A stretch of DNA of 64,000 nt, from contig NC_068998.1 of NCBI RefSeq assembly GCF_001194135.2, positions 16,684,834-16,748,833 on the forward strand, in the 5' to 3' direction. Numbering within the stretch: the stretch's first letter is position 1; each line of letters starts with the position of its first letter. Under the pieces are notes generated by a model. The model worked only from the letters and a program-made list of their open reading frames with translations, did no database searches and was not told the DNA's origin. A program made the position numbers and the translations under genes. The stretch comes from Octopus bimaculoides (Eukaryota). Below, one piece after another: positions 39,701 to 51,500 of the stretch.

Positions 39701-41094
39701 TATAAATGATTCTCATATAGATTAATTTTTTTATTTACCTTTAGAAAAACTCTGGAAATGAATTGAATGTTTACCACAAAGCATTTTTCCTGTGGAGCTT
39801 TCAGAAAGGTTTAACAGGATTTGAAGTTCCAGATACTGGTTTGAATTGCAGACAAGATCATACATCAGGGCGGCCTTCTTGGGTTGGCAGGTACAAATAT
39901 TTCATATTCTTCACACTGACATATTGATTTACTAAACATCGAAATGTCTTTACAGTTTTAGCACCATTTCCCAAATCATTACTTTTTTTTTATATATCTG
40001 TCCCCCTCTCCCTCTGTGTGTGTGTGTATCTTCATCATTTGACAATGAGGATATCAGTTATTTGAATAATTGAACGAATAACTGGCACTCTGTCAGTTAC
40101 AATGATAAATAAATGTAAAAAAGATAAAGACAATGGTTATTCGTAAGGCAGAACAAAGGAAAACAAATATAAAGACAGATGGACAGTAGCTTGAACATGT
40201 AAAAAACGAGTATTTAGCACAAATCGGGAAGTTTACTATGTAAAAAGCTACCTGACTCTCTGTTGTTTACAGTGACAAGTGTTCCAGTTGATGTAATCAA
40301 CAGAACAGCTTGCTTGTGAAATTATCATGCAAGTGGCTGAGCACTCCACAGACACATGTATCCTTAACACAGTTCACAGGGAGATTTAGCATGACACAGA
40401 GTGCGACAAAGCTGGCCCTTTGAAATAGAGGTACTACTCATTTTTGCCAGCTGAGTGGACTGGAGAAATGTGGAGTAAAGTATCTTGTTCAAGGACACAA
40501 TGTGCTGCCAGGAATTGAAGTTAGGACCTTACAACCATGAGTTAACTACTACGCTACATGCCTTCACTTTGAATGAATATGTAAGTTAGTGACAGACATG
40601 TGTACCCTTAATGTAATTCCTGAGCTGAATCAGTGTGACATAGTGTGACAAGGCTGACTTCTGAATTACAAGTACACTTTCTCTGACTGGCTTCTTTACA
40701 GTTTCCATTTACCAAATTTCACTCATAAGTATGGGCTGGCTCAAGGTTATACAAAACAACACTTGCTTCATTTGCTGTACAGTGAGATTGAACTCAGAAT
40801 CTCATGATTGCAAACAAACTGCTCAACCATTACGATGTGATGAAACTTTTAATTAAAAGATGAAATCAAAGTTATTGTAATCCTTTCATATTTATTAAAT
40901 TTTTATGTTATTTTACATACTTTATGTAACAGGTGCAGGCGTGGCTGTGTGGTTAAGAAGCTTGCTTCCCAACCATGTGGTCTCAGGTTCGATCCCACTG
41001 CATGGCACTTTGGGCTAGTGCCTTTATAGCACTATAGCTTCAGGCCAATCAAAGCTGTGTATGGATTTGGAAGACAGGAACTGAAAGAAGCCCA

Positions 41095-41128
<34 letters not shown>

Positions 41129-44100
41129 TATCAACATCATTTAACGCTTGTTTTCTATGCCTCTCACACCTACCTGATAATATTTAAATTATAAACAATT
41201 ACATTATTGAAATCTCAAAGCTATAAGATAATGCATGATTAATTCAAAAGAATGTGAATAGATAAGCATTACATTTAACAGAGTAATCTGAATGCTAAAG
41301 AGTTAATCAATCGAATTCTCACAAAAAAAATGGATGGAATATGCAATTCTTAAATTAGGTATGTTGTATCATAAAAGATATCATCAAATTCTTCATTTAC
41401 TGGAAACTTGTATGGCATGAGGAATTTGATGAGAATAGCAACCAGCTGATAAGCAAATCCTTTAGACTGTTTGGAATTTTACATTACCGAGTCTTTGCTT
41501 TGCTTGTTTGTAGGCTTTTGACCCATCCAGTTACGAATCAAGAAATCAATGTTGCACCAATGGTAAGGAAAAAGCACAAAGAGGTCAATCTCCAAACCAC
41601 TATATCTGGAGTGCTGTCATTACGATTGCGAGAAGGTTATACAATCAAAGAGGTGAACCTAATTAAAGGTATGTGGAGTTACTGATTTTCTATTTTATGT
41701 TAATGGTTTGTAAAAATTAATCCTGTTTGCCATTATTGTGTCAATAAAGTAAATACCTATCAGTACTAGAAACATTGTCCTCCTCCTCATCCAACATCTG
41801 TTTTCCATGCCAGAATGGATTGGACTGTTTGACTCAGAGCTGGCAAGCTGCGGCAGGTTCCAGTCTGATTTGGCTCGGTTTCTATATTTGGATGCCCTTC
41901 CTAACGCCAGCCACTTTACAGTGTGTGCTGAGTGCTTTTAATGTGGCACTGCCACAAGTTCTTCTATGTGGTACTGGCACAGAACTCTTGCAGGCCAATT
42001 CTCTTCACCAAAGGATACGGTCTTGCTGTGGAGGATGGGTCTTCTTGAGTACAAGCAAGGCACCAGGTATCTTGGTCTTTTCAGAGCTGCATAACACATG
42101 TAAATATATAAACTGACAAATGTGCATACGACTTTCATAATGATACATGGGTTGATTCTTCAAGCCAAGTCAACTGGTGGAGATCTAGGGGTAGGTTAAG
42201 AATGAGATGGTTGGATAATATCCATGATCTTAGTTAGTCATGTTTGAGAATCCAACTGGAAATTGTAATGATGGTTGCTTCTGAAAGAACTCCATGTACT
42301 GAAGGACTCTACCCCAACAACTCTACCAGGAATAGTAAGTAAAGAGAGATGGATAGATATAGTGTCTACTTTGTGTGTGTGTGTGTTTGTGTAAAAATAT
42401 ATGGTTTGAATTTTTCATTTATGAATTTTTATATATATATATCATATTTTTCTTGTTCTTTGATTCCTTAAGGTGAAAGCCAGATTGAAGTTCGTCTTTT
42501 GTTACCATGGAGGGAATATGCTCGCATTGAATACATTGCTACAGCATCATGGCCTTTGTCTCCAAACAAGTAAGCTAATATCTTTACTTTTTACTTGTTT
42601 CAGTCATTAGACTGTGGCCATGCTAGGACACCACCTTAAAGAATTTTTATTTTGTAGTCAAATGGATCAATCCCACTACTTTTTATTTTTAAGCCTGATA
42701 CTTATTCTGTTGCTCTTTTTTGACAAACTGATAAGTTATGGGAATGTAAATGCAGCAACACCAGTTGTCAAGCAGTGGTGGAGATTGAACCCTGAAACAA
42801 AGAGTAAATGAGTATCATACATGAAGAGCAATTCTGGAATTCATAATGGAACTAGAAAAGTAAAGCAGTGTTTTGAATCTGAGTGTGTTGGACTGAAAAT
42901 AGAGAAATTATCTTTAATATAATCTTTATTTTCAAGATATGAAATTAATATTTATCTCATGCACTGGTATAATAAATGATGTGTGTCTTTCTGTAGAGGA
43001 TTAGTGTTATTAACCAAACAAGTGAAGAAATAATTCTTGGATATTCATGCCTTTTCTGTTAACTTTTAGCATGCTTAGGTACATCATGATGCTGTACGAG
43101 TTTTCTCCCCTGTGGCTGCTGGCACATTGTGTTACATTAAGAGGGGAGAAAACTCATATGGTGGCATGATGCATCTACAGCATGCTAAAGGTTAATACCA
43201 TAAATTCAGTGAAGTGAAATAGCTACTAGGAATGGAGACCATATCACAGGCTTTATTCACCAAGAACTATTGTACTTTTTTTTTTTTTTATATTTCGTGA
43301 CTTGAATTACCATTTCCACTTGTATTGTTATATATCTATTTTGATACGGAAATGGTGATTGTGTATATGTATATATATATATATATATTTTTTTTCTATT
43401 TCAAATCTAGGCGTTACACTCGTGTAGAAATAATAATTGAAGGCAGCTATGATTTTCTTCATGAGATGACTTGTACTGACAAACGCCCATCCAAAAGTCC
43501 ATTCCGCACTGCTCATGTCAAAAAATACTGGCAATCTTTACAAAAGTGAGTTTAAAGACTATTTTATGTTTTTTACATTTACATTTATCAAAAGTTTGTT
43601 GGAAATGTTCCATTTTGAACTATTTTGTTTATAGATTTTGATAAACTTTGGTTAATGCTTGTATTTGTAAATATCTTAGTTTTCACTAATTAAACTTTGA
43701 TTGAAGACAGTGTTAATGTAATGACTTCCTTTTTGATTTCCTTTCAGCCTGATGCAAACAGACCAACTATTGGTTCATCTTCATTCTTTTTCCTCCAATG
43801 CTGTAAATTACACTGTTCCAAAAACACTAAAGAATGGATTGCCACTTCTACCAGCAGAATATTCTTTACAGCAGTTAGTATTATTTATATTGTTATCATC
43901 ATCATCTTCACAATAATTTAGCTTTCTTTAGTACCTAGGGAAAAATCAACCCCAAATCTGTCTTTATCTAAAGGTTGGAAACACTATTAGGGAGCATCTT
44001 TTATCCTTTACTTGTTTCAGTCATCAGACTGTAGCCATGCTGGGGCACCACCTTGAAGAATTTTAGTTGAATGAATCAATCCCAGTACTTATTTTTGTAA

Positions 44101-45644
44101 ACCTGGTACTTGTATTGGTCTCTTTTGCCAAACTGCTATGTTACAGGGATGTAAACACACCAACACCTGTTGTCAAGCGGTGGTGGGTGACACACAAATA
44201 CAAAGACACACACACACATAGATATTTCTATAAATGTATGATGGGCTTTTTTCAGTTTCCATCTACTAAATCCATTCACAAGGCTTTCATCAGCCCGAGA
44301 CTATAGTAGAAAACACTTGTCTAAGGTGCCATGCAGTGGGGCTGAACTGGAAACCATGTAGCTGGGAAGCAAAATTTTTCTGCACAGCCATGCCTGTGCC
44401 TATGTAAATCAGATCAGTAGGACCCAGCATCTGCTTTGATTATACTCATAGTATAAGTTAAACAATGCAAGCCAATGAAACTTTTATCAGTTTTACAGCA
44501 TTGATGTGTAAACTACACCAAAATGTGATATATACAGTTTGGTGAACTGGTTTAATGAGAGATCTGTGTTTCGGCCATGGACATAGGAAAGAAGGTACAA
44601 ATGCTCCTTTAGCTTCTTATATGGTACTCTGTAACTCATCCATCAGCCGTTCTCTCGATTACATCTTTTAATTTAAAGGTCATTAGCCTTTTGTTAAATG
44701 TCTCTTTTACATGTATTTTTTTTTTGCACACTATCTGATTGTATTATAATTTGGATGTAATTGTAGATTTTCTGAGTAGACCTTCATTGAAGCAATCTCA
44801 CATCTTGTAATTAACAAAATACTTCATGGAGTGTCTATGCTGATAATAATTTTAATGAAACTCTTAATTGCAATCTCCTGATTGATTATTGCTTACTTCC
44901 TTTTTAATTTGTAAGACTGAATTTGTTTACATACATTACATTTATGAGTTCTGTGAATTTATTGCTGTTCATTTCAGTTTTCAGTTCTTTCTCTTTTTTT
45001 GGCACATACCAATCTTCTATACTGAAAACTCTTTTGAAGAAAAAAGCAAAAAATTTTAAAAAGTGCTCTAATATATATTAACTCTTGAAAAATTATTTAT
45101 ACGTTTAGATTTCCAATTTTTAAACTCTGATTTATCTTTAATACTTTTTGTTCTAATTTTGCAGAGATCCCAGTTTAAATGAGTTGATCAAATTCTGGAA
45201 TCCAATTGCCAGTTTAGATATCAATATATGGTTAGTTAGATATATTTCTTACAAACTGAAGTCATTTAACTAAAACAGTTTACACCTCTTACTTGCAATG
45301 TTTGCCTCTTTTTTTCATCTTTTACTTGTTTCAATCATCAGACTGTGGTCATGTTGGGGCACTGGCTTGAAGAATATTTAATTGAACGTATTGACCCCAG
45401 TGTTTATTATTTAAAACCTGGTTCTTATTCTATCAGTTTCTTTTGCCAAACTGCTAGATTATGGGGATGTAAACATACTAGCACCAGTTGTCAAGCAGTG
45501 GTGGTGGTGGACAAAGATACACATATGAGTGAGTGGACAAACAAAAGAAGGGCATTCAACACATTAATTGAGAGTTACATGTATGGATCAAATGAATCAA
45601 ACTGTTTTGATTCACATACATATATTTATTCATGTGTGTGTATG

Positions 45645-45699
<55 letters not shown>

Positions 45700-48524
45700 A
45701 TATTAGGGATAAAATCCAAAATTACAGGTAAAAACTCAATTAAAATCAATTTATTAAAAATTGAAATTAAATTAAGTTTCACAGCGATCTCATAATTTAA
45801 ATCCTGAAGCTACAAGATAATACACAATTAATTCAAAACAACTTGAATAAAAAAACATATTTGTCAGAGTAATCTGAATGCTAAAGGGTTAAGTTCCTTA
45901 TAAACAGAACATCTTGCTCTGTAGTTTGGTGTGTGAATGCACTTAGGTACCTTACTTGAAAACAAGCAAGAGTTGTCAGTTGAAAGAACATCTAGCCATA
46001 GAATTCAATCTTGAGAAGTCTTGTCCAGCACATACCAGCATGGATAAAGCAAATATAGAAAGGATAATGATGATGATGATGATAGGAAGTTAAGTCTAGT
46101 GACATAAAAAATAAATGTCTGTATAATCGTTTTATTGTTTTATCTCTTTCTTTTCAAGGCAAAAATGGATGCACACACATCGAATTGGTATCATATTGCG
46201 GCATGATACTCCTCTGAAAAAGTACCTGCACACTCCAAATTCCAATGGCTACTTCCAGTCTGTACACTGTTATAAAGCTATGACTGCATTGAACAACATG
46301 TTGAAACACTGGTGCACATTTGTCTTGATGGAGAATCACTCTAACCTCACATACATGTACATAAAATTTAATAACAGGTAAGTGTACCATTCATTACATT
46401 GTCATTTTATATGGAGACCAATATGGCTCGAATAAGTAAGACATGTGACAGCCTTGTCTCAGGGGTATATTACCTGCTATAGCTTACTGTTTTATCTTGT
46501 GGGAGATTGGTATTTCATCTGTTTAAGACCATGGAAGTGAAGTTAGTGATGAAACAAATATAGTTTATGAAGAAGAGATTTACTTCACTAACTTCATATG
46601 GAAAACTTACAATTCAGTACTATACTCAATATGTTGAATTCTCTCTGATCCTTATATTCCACATTCATGTTTACATGCTATGGCTCGGTGCAGGCATGGC
46701 TGTGTAGTCAAAAAGCTGTGAAGGTGTAAAAACATCATATCTACCCAGTGCTTCCCTCTAATGGACTCTCAGTCCCATTGCCCAGCATCTTGGACAAGTG
46801 TCTTCTACTATTGCTCTGGGCTCATTAATGCCTTGTGTGTGAATTTGCTAGACAGAAACTGTGTATGAACCTGTTGTATATATAATGAGCATTCTAAGAT
46901 AAGGTTTTGCCTTTAGAATATTCCCAGGGTTATATCACTTCAGTACCTCCTATTAGGAAGGCTAAGGAGCCAGAAATGAATCTGAGAGTCCATTAGAGGG
47001 AAGCTCTGGATAGATTTGATGTTTTTACAGCTTTTACTGTAAGAGAGGATGTTTTCTCCATGTGAATTTACCTTTAAAAGTTAAAATATGTCACAAACAT
47101 ATTTTGATAAACCTAGAGTTCATTTATTCCTCATCACTGCTTAGTGCTGATACTATTGTGTTTATTCTGAGTAGGAATGTGTGTATCTTTGTGTTTGTGA
47201 ATGTTCTCCACCATCAATTGATGACAGGTGTTGGTTTGTTTACATCTCCATAACTTAGTGATTTGGCAAAAGACAATGAGAAAATAAGTTCTCAACTTTA
47301 AAAAAAGTAAACACTGGGGGTCAACTATTTGACTACAACTGTGGCCCCAGCATGGCCAGAGTCCAATGAGTGAAACAAGTAAAAGAAATATGTTCTAATA
47401 AAAACCTCAAAGTATCTATTTTGTTACTGTGGATGTTATGGGACTTCTTACAGTTGATAATATTACTAACACTGGTAAAATAAGCATTAGTAATATTGCT
47501 AGATTTGATTCAATTAATAGCACACTCTCCCACCCTGCAAAATTTGCTTTTGTTTTCATTCAAAAGAAATGAACCTAAACACTATATGTGCCACTGTGAC
47601 TTATTGATGTTTTAAAAGAAAAATGTATTTAAAAATTTTTTTTCTGTTTCATTTCATTTAAAGTGATTCTGACAAACCTCCAAGCACATTTTATATACTA
47701 CGTGTAACATCAAAACCACCTTGTTTGGTGTTGCGGCTTGCATTCCTTGGTGGAACAGCTGGACATGAACGGCATGCAGTTGTAGCTGAACTAAGAGAAG
47801 AAATCCTCAAGTTGAAACTACCAAGAGGACCTCATAAATCCTCTGGCTTGCGGTTATCACTTGAAAGGAGAAAACAAGTCCAAGGCATACCATTGGATTT
47901 AACCAACCAGAAAGAGGATGACCTCTCCAGTGCCAAACCATCCAAAATGAGTACTCAGCTAAACAGAAAGCAAACCACAGAAGTCAAATGTTGTGTTGTG
48001 TTGAGTAAACCAGTGGAGAAAATTTTAATCAGGTTAGTTTTCTTATTTATATTTATTTATATATTCCTTTGTTCTTTTATTTGTTTTTAGTCATTGAACT
48101 GTGTCCATACTGGAGCATCACCTTGAAGGGTTTTCATCAATTGTATTGGTTTCAAATTTTGGCACAAGGCCTGCAGTTTCAGGGTCAGTGGTAAGTCAAT
48201 TACATTGACCCCAGTACTCAACTGGTACTTATTGCATTGACCCAGAAAGGATGAAAGGCAAAGTCAACCACTGAAATTTGAACTTAAAATATAAAAGCAT
48301 ATGAAATGCTGCTAAGCATTTTGTCCAGGATGCTAACGATTCTGCCAGTTCACTGTCTTTATTGACCATATTGAGTCCAGTTCTGACTCTCAAGTTTGGT
48401 ACTCATCTTAATCAACCTTATTGACAACTCACTAAGTCATAGAATATGAACAAAGACAGCATTTTTGCAAGTGGTATCAATATAAAGACAAACGAAGAGG
48501 TAGACACATATGCATGCATGTATG

Positions 48525-48556
<32 letters not shown>

Positions 48557-51500
48557 TTCTCTCTCTCTCTCTCNNNNNNNNNNGGTATGATGGGCTTCCC
48601 AAGGCATTGGTCAGGTCAAGTTTTTAAGAGAAGACACTTTCCTAACACACACACACACACACATAGTGGACTCCCTAACACATTTTTCAGTCCAAGGCTT
48701 TAGAAGATGCTAAAAACACCACACTGAACCTGAAATCATTTGGTTGGAAAGTGAATTTTGTTACCCACACTGCCATACCTGCCCCTATATAAATAAATTC
48801 TATGCATTTTTTTTGTCACGGGGTACTTAATTTGTTTAATATTAGTCAATTGAATCTGCTTTTGGTTCTGTGATACAAAACCTTTTTGCCAAGATATCTT
48901 CCTATCACCATCTTAATACAGAAAAAGGTAATTATTTAACTAAATTCAAGTTTTAAAATTAACTTTCCCATCTCGTTAACAAATCCTCCATTATAGTCAC
49001 TGATCTTCTGACATAAAAAAATGCAAAACAATAATAACTCATAAAAATTTTTTTCCTTTCAGATATGAAAGAGTTCCTCATGATCTAAGTGTTGTGGACG
49101 ATCCAGCTCGTGAGATTCCTCGTCATACATCAGATGCTGCTGAAAAAGCCAGCCGTTCAGTGGCTGCAATGTTCAACACAATGTCACGGTACCTCTACCA
49201 CAGGCGATGGATTTGGAGTATCCAGCATGGTCGTGTACCTTTAATGCCTACACCTATGGTGGGGCGTATGTTGTCCACTTTGGCCAAGTTAGTCTTTTGT
49301 TGTCTTTTTTTTTTATCATTACTTTACTACTTTGTCTTTCATCTTTTGGGAGCCCATAAATAAATTTCTAGTCCAGAACATTAGACTGGTGGGATTTTAA
49401 AACATCATGTTCTGTGCATTCTAGATTTGAATCCCACTTCCTGTTACTGATCAACCACAAGATTCAGATCTTGTTAAAGTGTAGTGGCTTGTGTACCTCA
49501 ATGATATTAAGAGCTATGCCATTGATGTAAAAGCTCTTAGTAGGGTCTCCCATGCTAAACAGTTCAAAGAGTAGAGGCTGGACTAATGTAGAAATAGGTT
49601 TCTGTCAGGCCAACACTCCTACCTAGCAAAAAAGCTAAGCATCAGTGATATTACAAAATCAGCAAAATCAACAAGAGGTGCTTGGGTACTTAATGAAGTT
49701 CTTAAGCTTGTCCTGGTTTTTGTTGGGTCTTGTAGGGCTCATTTTTTTCTCCTCACCTCTCAGGATTTGGATTCAGGGCTGCAGATAACCAAAGCAGATG
49801 CTACGAGATATCTTGTCCAGAGCTTTCATGTTGAGGAAGTAATTTGCATGTCATTTGGAATATGGTTTGCAACTTGGGCAAATGTCTTCAACTATGGCCT
49901 TGGGGCCAACCAAAGACTTGTGAGTGATAGATAGAAACCGAAAGAAGTGTCGTGTGTGTGTGTGTCTCCTTGTCTGGGCATAACCATTGTTGTAAATGAG
50001 TGTTGCTGTCATATAGATAGTATCATTTGTTTCCAATATTCTGTGAGAACATATCTAGCCATGGAAAAATATATTGCCTTGCTTGGAAACAGGTGAGGGT
50101 TGGTGACAGTAAGGGCATCTAGCCGTAGAAGATCTGCCTCAACAATCTCCATCCAACCCATGCAAGCAAGGAAAAGTGGATGTTGCAATGATTATGCTGT
50201 CACCATCACCACCACTATTGGCAGCCCCAACAGAGGGCTTTATTTCTATCCACAGTATCATAGGGCCTAAATGTTTGAGGATTAAATGTTTAGCAGAGTA
50301 GTTAGTCAAATGTATTGTTGGCTTGTTTTCAAAATATTTTTCTGTTTCCTTTATTTAAGGATTCGAACTCAGGAAGGTTTCCACTTTGCACTTACAACAA
50401 TTGGAATCGTGAACATGGTTCTGGAAGTTGAAATGAAGGTAGGCATCATACAAATATGCATCCGCTTTTTTCCTTCTTTTTCCCAACACAAGTTAGTTGT
50501 TTGTATAATATGGCATTTTTTTTTTGCATTTTGATTATGCATCATTTTACTTGAGAAACCTATCTATTTAAAGGCTGTGCTCTAATTACCTGATTTCAAA
50601 AATTTCTTTGGTCTTTGGTCTACCCTATATTATACAGAGATGGGTGGGAGTAGTTGATAGGAAGACAAAGATGATGATGAGGTATCAATACTCTCAGGGT
50701 AGATGAAGAGAGAATAGGGACAGAATAACAGAGCATGAGAGAAGAGTGAGTGATGGTTAGATATGGGTGGTGGGTGGAGGTGAATGTAGTGAATGATGAG
50801 CAAGGGTTAAGGTGTTGTTCATTGTACATATCAGTATGGGAAGGGAAGGTGAAAGATGTAGGAATAGCTGAAGAAGGAGGTGATCAGTGCTTGGCTACTT
50901 ATGTTGCTTACATTTGGTAACTTGGTCTTTATCAACAACATTAAGCGATGGACAATACACAACTAGAAAATTGAAATGAAGACATCAATGCATCCTCACT
51001 GAATGCCTACAAAAGAGCGAGCTTTACCAAAGGTGCCTAAAGACTTCTTTATAGTCAGCAGTCTTAGTCCAGGATACAAGCTATCAAGAGGCTGGTATCC
51101 TCATAATTTGATTGCGTTAACAAATAAAAGGAAGAATAGTCAATTCATTGAATGTTTTCAACATATATGTGTCCTCTTGCTGTGTTCCATTTTTTTTTTT
51201 ACTTTATAAAATGTAATTTAATTTTTTATTAACAGTCTGACAATTCTTTCATTAAACGTACTCCAAGACTTGGCTATGAAGGAGAGGATGAGAATGATGA
51301 AAGCCACACTTCGTCAACGTGTGTTGTACAATATATCTTGTTTCCACCTAATGCCAAAAACACTCGTGGGAGGTATGTGCTTTGCTCTTCACATGTATTA
51401 TTTTGTATAATATGATTCATAAAAAGAGAAAAACTGTGTGCGCTATGTTGATAGTTGAGTTATGACCTTCAGCTATGATTTTTGCTTTTCTTTGAGGAAA

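Noticed and set aside
43697-43921. ORF-track protein [11 protein letters not shown]...
   Set aside because: Wrong frame; the real exon 13 (43748-43873) is read in another frame.
46530-46595. 12-bp inverted repeat TGAAGTTAGTGA / TCACTAACTTCA
   Set aside because: Short and AT-rich; plausible by chance in 64 kb.
47800-47990. Low-similarity stretch in SZT2 exon 16 (PRGPHKSS...KQTTEVK)
   Set aside because: Corresponds to a variable linker that is also divergent in the human protein; ordinary variation.
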